DNA of 64,000 nt, from assembly GCA_020137815.1 (NCBI GenBank), contig CM035353.1:1426001-1490000 (forward strand), read 5' to 3'. Each line of letters begins with the position of its first letter. The stretch's first letter is position 1. The DNA is from Hormiphora californensis. Taxonomy: Eukaryota > Animalia > Ctenophora. This document shows positions 1 to 26,768 of this stretch, piece by piece. The position numbers and the translations under genes were made by a program. Below the pieces are notes generated by a model that saw nothing but the letters and a program-made list of their open reading frames with translations, made no database searches and was not told where the DNA came from.

Positions 1-11
1 AGAAGAGAGAG

Positions 12-49
<38 letters not shown>

Positions 50-219
50 TAGAGAGAGAGAGAGGGGCTATGAATATATCGAGAGAGGGAAAGAGAAAGA
101 TCTAGAACAGTTCTACTCGGTGTGATTGGAGTGGTAAGCTCAGATGAAAAAGAATGCGTGTCGTTCCAGTGCCTGGGTTTTAAATGTGATCTGATCTCCG
201 TGTGACCGAGAATACAAGT

Positions 220-845
220 ATATAGACCCCGCCGGCTCAAATAGACGCACGGCGCGCTCAAACAATTTGCACTGGTCTATTGGGCCGTGCACTGCCGTGA
301 GTTTGTGTCTCGATAGACGCACGCCCTCTGACAGATTTGTGTAAAGATCACAAAGAATCACTGGAAACACGATAAAATGACTTGGTAACTCAAGAGGGAG
401 TGTGTGTACAACCTACAACGCTCTCTGTCTAGATTTGGCGCCCGCCAGTCTGTTGCAACTGTTGCTCATGACCCACAATTAACTGTAATCTCTCTCTGCA
501 TTCCACGCTTTGAAACTGTTACAACGATTGTTACGAGTGTGTAGGAATGTAGAGGCACTCTGTAGCTTCATTTCTAACTGTTTGACCCGTTTTGTGTGAG
601 CTCTCTCTGTGTCAACCACCTAATTTGTGCTTGTTTTGCTTCTAGGTGCCCGCCAGCGGGTCTATAGAACACAACTCCCTCCCTTACGTGCAGATATACC
701 TGTAAACCCCTCGCTGACGCTCGGGATTTACAGGGCTGTAACGCACGGGTCCCTTCGGGACCCGTGCATTACAGCTCAATAGACGCACTGCTCTGCAGTG
801 CGTCTATTGAATAGATGCCCGCGCGGGAGGGAGTTATGTACTATG
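220..845. mobile_element. Non-autonomous hairpin-rich element in a GYS intron
   Basis: TATAGACCC...GGGTCTATA inverted ends span 220-666. They are followed by 663-845, which is closed by TAGAACACAACTCCCTCCC/GGGAGGGAGTTATGTACTA and contains three internal stem-loops. ATAGACGCAC recurs. Confidence 0.55.
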
Positions 846-1146
846 TATATCATGTTCATTATTTGGCTAAACACTGTATTATCCTATAATAACGGTCAAA
901 TTTCTACATTTTCAGATAAGAGCTATTACATTCTTATCACCAGCATTCAGCAGGATATGAAATATATCGAGTAAAACTACATTGCCAGCAAAACGGAAAG
1001 AGGAAAGGGATGCTTTATGTGTGTTTACCATCCAAATGGTAAACACATAATGCATAATATGTAATGAAACTATAGGGGGGGGGGGCACGGTAAACACATA
1101 ATGCATATATATATATATACATATTGAAACTAGGGGGCACACGTAC

Positions 1147-4100
1147 ATATGGCATATTGTTGTAAAAGTCAGAAGATCCAGCACAGAGATATCGACCCAA
1201 CAGCGTGGCATGGGTGGTGAAAATAGTACCAATGGGTAAACCTGTAGGTGGGGGAGCGGTGTGATGACAAGCAACAAACACAGCAAGCCCTTACTTTCGA
1301 TATATTGCAATGGATATCTTATAACTGGCACTGTCCACGGTGGTCACTCAAACTTTATTGAAAGTTGTGTGACGTTGGGTGACCGCCGCGTGGACTGTTA
1401 TACAAACTATACAGAACTAAATCAGCTTTTTTTCTTTGGAATCCAGCCAAAATCAGGGAACCCATGGACTTTTTAGGGCTGGATCCCATCACTATATATT
1501 GTTATATTTTTAGGGCTGGATCCCATCATTTTAGGGCTGGTCGACCCCATCATTATATTGTTACATGGCTGATTACCTCTAGTTCGTGACAGGACACATG
1601 CTATCCCAGCCTGCCACTCGTGGAAATGAGCTGTTGTCCTGTTAGAGGGAGACCTACACGAAAACTGAAATAATACTCTATTAAATGGGATCATATGATT
1701 CTCTACAATGTGGATACATTTCTCCAACTAATTAAAGTGAATTAATACCTCTCCCAGAAACCAGCAGATAAGTTCCCCAAACATGACCGCATTTACACTC
1801 TCCTTGTCCGACTCTGGTACATTGATGTGGGTGACATTCCAAAAGTCGGACATCCACTCGGAATACCTGTAAGAGAAACGTAGAGCTTAGTTTTAGAATA
1901 TCTGTAAGAGAAACATAGAGCTTAGTTTTAGAATATCTGTAAGAGAAACATAGAGCTTAGTTTTAGAATATCTGTAAGAGAAACATAGAGCTTAGTTTTA
2001 GAATATCTGCAAGAGAAACATATAGCTTAGTTTTACAAGATTTGGTGATACATTGTGGGTTAAAAAAAGTTTTACAGCCATTTTGATTAATTGACTAAAC
2101 CTCACAAATTTATCGATTTCGTGACCATATTTGGGCATTAAATAACACACATATTATGTACATGGTATTGCAGTGTTACTTCCGTAGAGAGAGGGGACCG
2201 AAAGAAAACAATGCGTTCATTCTCTTCTGCTCCATGTGCTCACTTGCCTCACATTAATTTCTCTCTTCACCACGCATATGGCGAAGAGAGAAATTAATGC
2301 GAGACACATGTAAAGAGGGTTTGATATCAGCCAAATAATTGGAACTTTAGTGGGATCTTTCGGTATAAATGATTGTTAGGGCCGGGGACAGGGCGGGAGA
2401 GGGGGTGAGGTGAAGAACAATCACGCCGGGTGGATAATCACAGATCAAGATGAATCAGGCTGATATATGATATATACGATATATTATGTGTTTCTCCCGA
2501 ACCTCATTCCATTGATACACATCGTTCATGAAAGAACAAGAGAGGGAGAGAGATCTCAAGAAGATGAGACGTCCAACTGCATAATATAAGACCCATAATA
2601 TTACCCTTCTCCCTCTTACATAACTACAACTAACTACAACTAGGGGCTCCTACAGTCTGGCCGAATTAGTTCATAGTTATGTAAGGGGTAGAAGGGTCTA
2701 CAGAATATTAGCTATAATAAAGGTAGAATATTTTATAGGCTGCTGCATTATCTATGGGTTCTATAGTATCAATCATATAGGAATTGATTTAAAGTAAGAG
2801 TGGCGCGCCGTGTTTTCTCACAAAACTTGGTGGATGAACGGGGAGTACCACCAGGACCATTGGTACGGTATCGAAAATTTCGAATTCTGTCTCGTTCATT
2901 AGTTATGACGTAATATGTTCATTATTTCAACTTTCATAAAATTGCTCTACAGAAAAATCTGTTCATTGTGGATTGAAATGGATGCTTGCATCGTGTTCAG
3001 CGTCAAAAAATAGCCGGGGTACCAAATTTTGGTGTCTCTACCTTGTCTGTGACGCGAGATATCGACAATTATCAAAAACGACCAAAAATGGGAGAAAGAG
3101 AGTTTGTTATCTTTGGGTGCTAGTTGTTTGTGCACGCCACCCACTTGTAACAATCTCTCTTTCTCTCACTTTTGTCGTTTTTGATATTTGTCAATATCTC
3201 GCGTCACAGACAAGGTAGAGACGCCAAAATTTGGTACCCCGGCTATTTTTTGACGCTGAAAACGATGCAAGCATCTATTTCAATCCAAATTGAACAGATT
3301 TTTCTGTAGAGCAATTTTGTGAAAGTTGAAATAATGAACATATTACGTCATAACTAATAAATGAGACAGAATTGGAAATTTTCTATACCGTACCAATGGT
3401 CCTGGTGGTACTCCCCGTTCATTCACCAAGTTTTGTGAGAAAACATGGCGCGCCACTCTTACTTTAAGTTGATTAAGGAGGATTGGGGAATAGAAAATGG
3501 GGTGTAGATCTAACTAGATAACAATTCGATTAGAGACGCTGTTCGTCAACCTTATGAATCATGTGACATACATATATTTTAAATCAATTGTTACACCCAG
3601 GCAGAGCACGAGGAAAGAGGGTGGAGCAAGGTAAATCATCAGCTGTTACAATCTCTTGCACTAACCTGCTCCATGAACTCCCAAGATCGAAAAGTATAAC
3701 TTTTGGACTCCCTTCGATTAGCCATTGTCCAGTTACAACCTAAAGACAATGTCGGAGTTATTTAAAACATGTTGTGTAACACTCAGCTGTTGAGACAACC
3801 TCGACGAAGAAGCTAAACTGTTCTCCACCCACCTTTATTCCTCTGTCCCGCATCGCCTGGATAGCACTTCTCACATAATAATCCTCAGGCTCCTTCAGCT
3901 CAACTTCAAACCGCATTTTTTCCTCCACATACGGTCCTGCGGAAGAAGAAACCTTAAAACCTTATTTAACTACTTCTTCCTTACTACCTAGATTCAGACC
4001 GGTTAATAAATATTTAATGTTACAAGTTTATACAACATGTAAACTCTTGTTGGTCCGCCTAAAATAAATTCGATTGAGGCCAGGATACAAAATACAGAAA

Positions 4101-4373
4101 TTTGATGAAAATTCGATAAGTATTACAAAATGTTCAAGTTCAAGTAAAATATATTCAGACTCCTTACCGATTAGATAGTATTTGTCCCCCAATTCTTGGC
4201 ATGTCACACCAGCTTTGCTTCGAATTACCGTATTGATACCGCCCACTAGAAAGAGGAAATCAATAAACCATCTGCAGTTTGCAAACAACAATTATACCCA
4301 TCTGGAGATATATACCTTTATTGCAGACCTCCCATGACGCCTCGAACGTGTAAACGGGAGGCTGTCCTGCCAT
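1147..4373 (-). CDS. GYS: Glycogen synthase, 5' part (7 exons seen; gene continues beyond the left edge)
   Basis: GT-AG exons 4373-4316, 4245-4168, 3936-3833, 3739-3666, 1866-1749, 1664-1577 and 1241-1147 splice in frame. They give [78 protein letters not shown], which are GT3 glycogen synthase motifs. Confidence 0.95.
1866..2035. repeat. 35-bp tandem repeat (5 copies) duplicating the GYS exon-5 acceptor
   Basis: Unit TCTGTAAGAGAAACATAGAGCTTAGTTTTAGAATA. On the minus strand each unit contains TTTCTCTT(A/G)CAG plus the first exon bases. Confidence 0.9.
2793..3463. mobile_element. Foldback MITE, Kolobok-like
   Basis: ~290-bp inverted arms AGTAAGAGTGGCGCGCC...GGCGCGCCACTCTTACT, flanked by TTAA (2789-2792, 3464-3467). 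RR...YY ends with a TTAA TSD are the Kolobok signature. Confidence 0.8.
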
Positions 4374-4804
4374 GAGTGCTCTCACCTACTGGAATTTTAA
4401 TGTATTTTAATTTGAGGCGTTTTTCTAAAATAATTGAGCCGAAATTTTATGCATTTTAGGCGTTGAGTTGGTATATGCTACAGAGCGGAATAAGGCAACG
4501 CTATCCAGGGCGTTGAACAAAAGCCAAAAACGGAAGGAATCGATTTTGGCAGAAAAATCGACAAACCCAGTTTGAATTTTTTAATGAACTGATAAGCGCG
4601 CGCGATTAGCGGCGCGGCGTGATTTTAATATTTGCGCGCCGATATTTATTTTACTGCGCGTTGTAACCGCGACCGTGTTCCAGCAGAAGAGACAATTTTC
4701 AAAATTAGATTTCTTCTTTTTTTCTTGATTTTCGAAAGTTTTCTCTTCGATACTCAAGTCTCACTCGGATTTTCCACAAAATTACCACTCCAAAGCGTCC
4801 AAGA
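4374..4804. promoter_or_regulatory. Probable bidirectional promoter between GYS and RBX1
   Basis: 431 bp lie between divergent start codons, with a GCGC/CpG-rich patch at 4595-4675. Confidence 0.55.
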
Positions 4805-5275
<471 letters not shown>

Positions 5276-5491
5276 AAAAAGTTCCACGCGGAGGGATAGT
5301 TTTCGCACTAGCTGGGATAGAGACATTTGTCACTTGTTGAATATCTTGTTGTATAATAATATATCAATTTATGTTTAAATTGCTACATTTCTAGCTAAAT
5401 CTTGTGTATTTCTTCAGCTTTGTCAGCTACCTCTCTAGTGCCCTCTTTTCACCTCCTCCCAACCTGTTACAGCATAAACCACACCTCTGAT

Positions 5492-8400
5492 ATGAGTAAG
5501 AAGCGAGTTGCAGACAAACAACTGACGGATAGGAACTGGCTGGATGAGGAAGAGCCCGAGGAGGCGGGTGAATTCAAGAGGGCTGATGATGAGACTGTCC
5601 AGAAACGAGTGTAAGTGATCACTATTTATTTACTTTTCAATTATTCAGACGGTATTCTCACACTCATTTTTTCCAGGATTAAAACAGCAAGACGGAGATT
5701 ACCGCCCGGCTCTGGAGCCGACGAAAAACCGAGTTTATTTTCTGGTTTTGCGGGATTCGGTGCCCCTAAGCCTGCTCCCACCACCACCACCACAACTACT
5801 GAAAATACTAACGGAGCCATCAATCCTTTTGTGACATCATCGACTACCTCAGAACCATCTCCAGATAAACCCGACAACAACAATGATGTGTTTTTGAAGA
5901 AGCTAAAGAAACTCAACGAATCGGTGTTAAAGTTCGCCCAGGAGCACGTTGCAAAGAATTCATTTGTCATCCTTAGCAGTGTGTTTAACGACTACGAGCG
6001 GCATCTAAAGAGAATACGAAGCAGCAACGGCAGCACAACCACGACTGCTGATTCGACACCTGTTTTCAGTATTGCCTCTACCACTACCAGCTCTTCGGAG
6101 GTGACACCCTCCAAACCTGAGGAGGAGGAAAACAAAGAAGCGGCGGAGAAGAAGGATGAGTCTAAACCATTGTTTAGTTTCGGTTCTGCAACTGGTCCAA
6201 CATTCTCATTCGGCGCTAGCTCTACAACTCCCAGTGCTGGTGGGTTCTCGTTCAAGCTGGCAACATCAGTTGCGGACAGTAGTACCACACCTTCCACTGG
6301 AGGGTTTTCCTTTAAACCAGACAGCTCAACTACTACTGCTACATCATCCCTGTTTGGAAATCCAATTGGAAGTGGGTCTTCCTTTACAGGTTCGTGTCTG
6401 GGGGTCTGTGACTATTTGAATACCTCACTCATCCCATATATCTTCCTTTTCTGGGGGGTGTAATAAACTAAAATATCTCCCCCGCCCAGTCTAATAAACT
6501 AAAATATCTCCCCTAGGTTTTGGTGGTCTCGTTGGTAGTAGTACTGCAGCCCCCGCCCAGTCATCGACACAGGAGGAAGAGCCTGAGGAACCTCCGAAAG
6601 CTGAAAAGGTTCGTGTTCAACAACTTCTCGAGTAGTTGTTGATCAATTATACAATTGATTGTGTCCTCGCATTTAAATTTTAAATTTTCCATTTACTCAT
6701 TGGCACTGTGAACACTACAAACTTCTCGGTTTCTCTCTACTTACAGATCTGTATTTGTTTGACAGGTGGACCATGTTGATAGTGAGGCGATCTACCACAT
6801 CAAATGTAAACTGTTTATCAAGTCAGAGGAGGGGTGGAACGAGAAGGGAATCGGAATCGCAAATCTGAAGAAGTGTAATGAAAAGGTAAACTCCACTCCC
6901 CCCACCCAGTGGTCAATGGCATGATAGTGAAATGCAGTATCCCGTGTAATAATTTAGTACCCAAGTTCCAAATGACCACCACTGGCATTCCATTGATATT
7001 CAGGTTTATTACTCTGGGTTAATTAGTGTTCAACTTGTATATTTAGGTTCAATTGCTGATTCGTAACGATACCACAATGGGTACTGTTATCCTCAATACC
7101 CTCCTACACGACAAAATGCCAATTAGTAAAAGCGGTAAAAACGGAATCATGATCGTTGCAACTAACCAGGTATGTATAATGTATATACATTGTATAATGT
7201 ATATACATTGTATAATGTATATACCGTAAGTTGGGGTAACTTTGTACCACTTTTTAGCATTCTCCTAAAATAACTCCTTGCCAGAACCACACTCGAAAAT
7301 TTTTGAACCAAATAATCCCGTTCCAGACCTAGTACACCAGATATAACTAGTGAAATTTTTGGTCCCCTCTCATTTAATTACATTAATTAACGTGTATTTT
7401 AGTGTAAGTGGGGTTTTAGGGCATGGGGTAACTTTGGAAGTAGGGTGGGGTAACTTTGGACACCCGTCCAAAGTTACCCCACGATAGTAATATTGGAACA
7501 AACATAAATCCGAACATTTTGCAACGATAAATAAATGAACCTAAAATGTTTAAATGGGGTTTAAATGGGTCAATAAATTAAAAAAGAACAATAGGGTTAG
7601 CCAAACCCCATGATTTAAAATTTTTTTGTTGATGTCGACTCTACTTTTTTGGGCGTGAGGAATGATAAAACTAGCCACCAAATAAAATTTCAGCTCAATC
7701 GGACTTGATTTAGAGGTTGCCACATCCGGCCTGAAACCCATCAAACTTCAGTAATCTGGGGTCCCTCATCCACCCAGTAGTTTGTTAGATGGTATTGGAT
7801 CTCTAGGCGAGTGTGTTAGTTATTTTCGCTGAAATTTGATAGACAGGAAGTGGTATACTTATGGGTACTGGCTAAATAAAGGAGTTTTGGTACCTGTGCT
7901 CCTGCATAGATTGTCTACAAGAACTAGAACACTCGCCTAGAGATCCAATACCATCTAACAAGCTACAGGATGGATGAGGAACCCCAAATTATTGAAGTTT
8001 GATGGGTTTCAGGCCGGATTTCTGTGATTTAGCTCCATAAAATAGTCCAACTCCTAGTTTTTCACTAACCTATCGAATAGATGGATGGAAATGGGCGTGG
8101 AGTGGGCTGAATCTTGGTTTTATGGCCCTAAACAATTCAGAGAGGGTCTAAGGTAACTCTATAGTAGAGGCAATAATTACACTCACCTCCTCTGATTTCT
8201 ATGAAACTTCTCCCATGCTAAGAGGTGGCAATAGAGGTTCAAATACCGCTGAGTTTAAGTCTGAACAATGTTCGGTTCGTTAATTATCGCTAATTGAAAA
8301 ACGCCAAAATGGCCTAAAATCGCCCTAAGTTCCGAATTGAAATTTTGGAGTTGAGACTCCAGACTTCGTGGAGATGTCCGCTAGGATGACAATATGCACC

Positions 8401-9849
8401 AAAATCGGACGAAAGCCTAAATTCGTACGAATTCGGTACGAAAAGCCGGGTAGACTGAATTTTGGTCACGTGACATGGGTCCAAAATCAGTTTTTTGCCA
8501 TTTACGCCTTTCCTGTACGTCGGAGACTAAAAATATGGCCAGTACTTGTCATTTCCATCGCTTTCTGCATCTTTTAAGCCCCCTATAAATATCCCTTACT
8601 TCAACGGTTCAGAAGTGACGTCATTTAGTCTCCTGAAAAACTCTAACTACTGAACCGTTGAAGTAAGGGATATTTATAGGGGGCTTAAAAGATGCAGAAA
8701 GCGATGGAAATGACAAGTACTGGCCATATTTTTAGTCTCCGACGTACAGGAAAGGCGTAAATGGCAAAAAACTGATTTTGGACCCATGTCACGTGACCAA
8801 AATTCAGTCTACCCGGCTTTTCGTACCGAATTCGTACGAATTTAGGCTTTCGTCCGATTTTGGTGCATATTGTCATCCTAGCGGACATCTCCACGAAGTC
8901 TGGAGTCTCAACTCCAAAATTTCAATTCGGAACTTAGGGCGATTTTAGGCCATTTTGGCGTTTTTCAATTAGCGATAATTAACGAACCGAACATTGTTCA
9001 GACTTAAACTCAGCGGTATTTGAACCTCTATTGCCACCTTTTAGTATGGGAGAAGTTTCATAGAAATCAGAGGAGGTGAGTGTAATTATTGCTTCTACTA
9101 CTACAGACACCAAAAGTTCAAAACCTGTAGTGTGGGGTAACTTTGGCACCCCGTCCAAAGTTACCCCAAAATTCAAAAAATGGTGGGGTAACATTAGCCA
9201 CCCCTATTAGTCTCAATTAAAGTAATTGATCGGGTTTGAAAAATGGTGCCCCGAATTATTTGATCGAAACCCTTCCACTCTATGGAGCAAACTTGATTCG
9301 GTCATTAGCCCGGTCAAATCTATGGTACCCATTTTGATTTGAACATTTTTAGCGATTTTGACATCAATTATGTTTGCCCCTAATTAGGAGCTAATTAGCA
9401 TAGAATTGAAAAAAATAATTGTACCGTTAGTTAGACATTTGTGAGTCAATTACTTGTACACCCAAAAATTATGCCTAATCTGTCGTTATCTGTTGGTAAT
9501 TTTGGACTAAAGCCAAATTTTGAAAGTGTCCAAAGTTACCCTGCAAAACAAAGTTACCCCAGATTACGGTACATTGTATAATGTATATACATTGTATAAT
9601 GTATATACATTGTATAATGTATATATATATTTGTACTGTCCGTTGTATATTAGTCCCGGAGACAGTACACACAGATCAAAATATGACTCTCCAAAATATT
9701 CTCGTCACACTACTTGATCTGTTAACACACAGTTCACCCTCTTCTACCAGGACTCCAAAACGGAGACATTCCTGGTCCGAGTGAATAAGGATAAGCAGGA
9801 GGAGTTCTTTGGCAAACTAGAGGAGTGTAAAACAGGTCCTCCTGAATAG
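5492..9849 (+). CDS. NUP50: Nucleoporin NUP50, 6 exons
   Basis: The N-terminus MSKKRVADKQLTDRNWLDEEEPEEAGEFKRA..KRVIKTARRR is the Nup50 importin-alpha-binding region. It is followed by FSFG repeats and a C-terminal RanBD-like domain (KCKLFIK..WNEKGIG..VQLLIRNDTTMGTVILN). Exons ~5492-5610, 5677-6389, 6517-6608, 6766-6885, 7047-7169, ~9751-9849. Confidence 0.92.
7224..9569. mobile_element. Non-autonomous Tc1/mariner-pogo-type element in the last NUP50 intron
   Basis: TIRs CCGTAAGTTGGGGTAACTTTG / CAAAGTTACCCCAGATTACGG with TA on both sides, inserted in an 18-bp TACATTGTATAATGTATA repeat. GGGGTAACTTTG recurs subterminally. No transposase ORF. Confidence 0.8.
8162..9100. mobile_element. ~940-bp near-perfect palindrome (nested foldback element)
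   Basis: Arms 8162-~8611 and ~8651-9100 are reverse complements, which produces the mirror ORFs 8368-8577(+) and 8685-8894(-). Spacer ~40 bp. A second inverted-repeat pair lies at ~7726-7820/7923-8018. Confidence 0.85.
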
Positions 9850-10373
9850 ACACTTGTGAGCTGCAGTACTACTATACAATAATTATATAATGTTTTGTAT
9901 TTTGTGTGGGACACGAAAAAGAGAGTTGATTCTCAAACTGAGTTACACACACCGGAGCGAGGTATAGCACAGGCCACAGAGTATTTTATTTCCGCCCGGT
10001 CTTTGATCTATATCAGAGTGAAAAACATGACCTTTTACACCAGGGATAAATTCCAATGTGAAACAGTGGCAGACTTGTTAACTTTCATCTCTTTCTTAAT
10101 TTTTTAATCCCGCATATTGAATAAAGAGAATTGCACTATTTATAACGGCTCTGTGTTGGCCCTGCTAGGTCCCACAGCTAGCCATTCTAAAAATAACAGA
10201 TTTATTCATCCTGTGTCTATAACAGCGCCATTGATAAGTCCAGATATTTAACTCGTTTCATATGAGGCCTACTTTAAACAAAACACAGCAGCGTTTAATT
10301 TAAGTCTATCCATTAGTTTTCACACACCGCAATCTTCCGTAATGCTCACACATTTTACTTTATAAAGTTAGGT

Positions 10374-24328
<13,955 letters not shown>

Positions 24329-24410
24329 GGACCTCTGACGTCAAATTTTGATAGAACTCGGGCACCCAACTATTTATTGTCTGATTGTTTTGATTGTTTT
24401 ACCACGTTCG

Positions 24411-24457
<47 letters not shown>

Positions 24458-24579
24458 TCCCTGACATACCCAGTACCCACTTACCAACACCCCAAATTAT
24501 CAACCCTTACAAAATTTAAAAAAACTAAAAAGGTTTCAGTAGAAAATCGGTTTCCTCTATAAAGATATTGTGCTAATCC

Positions 24580-26632
24580 TCAAATTGCATTCAGTTGCTG
24601 AAGTGAGTTGTGAGCCTCGAATGATACCTCGTTAGACGGGTCACTCCTCCATAACTTAGTAAGCTGTTCTGTGAGAATGTCTCTCTTTTCAGGGTCCCTA
24701 AACCACACCTTCGTACTCATCACTGTTAGCTGAACGCTTACCTGTGTGTGATCACAGTATGATATTGTGTGATATTGTGTGATCACGGTGTGATATTGTG
24801 TGATATTGTGTGAACACTGAACAGTGCGTGACTAACTAAAATACTGGAACACAAAAAGTAACTGCGACTTCAAAATCATTAGGTTAAATAAGGTATAACG
24901 AGCTTGGGAACTTTAGTTAACTATCCTAATAACCGCAGCTCTATCTATGGGAGCACTATAAAAGCCTACTACAATAACTTTTGTAGTCAGCTGTGCGTTA
25001 GAAAGCAGCTGTGGTTATAGTATCCGAACCTTGTTATACCTTATTCAACCTAATGACTATTGATTTTTAAGTAGCTTTGCTTCTTATGAGGTCCTGCTCG
25101 ATGAAAATGTTTGTTTCTTTACTGCAAGGCTTTAGAGATTCTGTGTGCTAAAAGGCTATATTGTTGCTTCATTGAACCGAATATATATTTACTTCATCGT
25201 TGTAGTCGTCCACCTCGAAGAAAGATTTGTCCATGTCCACCAGGAACTCCAGTGAAGATTTACAGAATTCTCTTCTAACTCGCCAGTCAGTGTCATTGCT
25301 GGCTGTCAGTAGGGCGTGGAAGGTGTGTTCTTGGTGAAAGTTAACAGTAGAAAGGGCATCGACACTCCTTAGTCGTACATCAACATTTTCATGTTGTATG
25401 GTATACCGAAGTATAACGGTGGCGTGGGGAGACAGTTCCAGAAGAGATAGCAATTCTACCTGGGGTGTGTTTTCAGCTATTATACTATACTCCTTTCTTC
25501 TTCCCCGGGCATATTAATAAATCCACCCAGGCTGTAAATGGGATAAATGCTTGTAGCTTGGTAAATGCCTTGTGCGTTGTGTCATCAATGCTTTTTATAG
25601 GGTGTCTTCCATAACTATGTAGTTTTTACGACCGGCTCGAATCGAATTTTATCCATTTATAATGACTAGAATAACCGTTCTAACTAGTCTAACTGCTTAC
25701 TCAGGTTCTGCTTACAAATCACTATTCACTGCTCTTACCTTGATGTCATCGTCACACGGCCTGAGAAACTCCATAGTGAGGAAGGCCAGCATGATGAGTT
25801 GCTTTATGTTTATGTAAAACCCATCAAAACTATCCAAATGTGGCTCAATCATCAGATGGTCATAAAGTGCTCGCGATATCTTGTCCTCAGAGGTTTCTGT
25901 CAGGAAGGTCGAAAGGCACACGAACATCCAAGGTCGGCCGATAAATCCTATCTCCTCTGGATAATCGTGATAGAGGCCGTTCATACATTGCGAAATGGTC
26001 ATGTAACCGGCATCCAATCCAACGTGACGCTCCCAGAACGTCCTCTGTCCTCCGTTGTACTTGACTGCAGTTCCGATCTGGGCAAAGTAGGAGCGGACGA
26101 ATGTGATGCTGTCCTCTATGTACTGGGCGTATGATCTAGTGAACCAAGGTTCCTGTAGGGATATTGCGAGGAGCGGCCTGAACTTCTCGGTAAAGGGGGT
26201 GCTTACTTGTAGCAATTCCATCAGTTTAGGGTCAGTTGCCGCTCCTCCTATGATGGGTGTTGCAGCTGGTGTCAGCTCTGGTACAAGTATTACTGGTGAC
26301 GGGCTCTCTGCTACATCACCAAACGGATTAAACATACGGCTAGCATTCCGGACCTGATCATTGAAAGACAGGATGTCTGGATTTCCAAATTGTTGTGGAG
26401 TAGTCAGATTGATAAGTGTCTCAGCTCCCTCGCTGGAAATCCGCTGGTTTCTCCTTCTGATTGCGGCGTCACCCGCTGCGTTGGTAGACCGGGGAACCGG
26501 AGGTGCACGGGGGATTTGTCTGGTGGGGGGCGGTCTTTGTCGCTGCCGTGAGGACCGGGAATTTGACACACTAGTCACACGTCCATCAGGGCCAAATTCA
26601 ATAAACACTTCACTACTCTCGTCTGTTTCCAT
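24580..26632 (-). CDS. Uncharacterised multi-exon protein with C-terminal HEAT-like repeats
   Basis: 306-aa first ORF from ATG 26632. Downstream exons include VDVRLRSVDALSTV..ALLTASNDTDWRVRREFCKS and LTKLWRSDPSNEVSFEA, which resemble HEAT repeats. Exon joins are uncertain. Confidence 0.6.
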
Positions 26633-26768
26633 CTCTAGTAAATTTATTAGATCAGAATCACAAATATAAAAGTTTAAGGATGATATATCCTTGTTAATCC
26701 TCTATCCCCAAACTTATACCCCTAGAAATATCAGTAAGTTTAAACCTCAACTTCTATCTTTCAGCAGC

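Noticed and set aside
8368-8894. Two identical 69-aa ORFs on opposite strands
   Set aside because: A by-product of the palindrome. The same holds for ORF pairs in the Maverick TIRs, at 37541/38865 and in the 42.3/43.3-kb repeats.
10268-10305. CTACTTTAAACAAA, reminiscent of a ctenophore spliced-leader sequence as I recall it
   Set aside because: Only a short AT-rich match from memory, with no following GT donor or Sm site; cannot be called an SL RNA gene.
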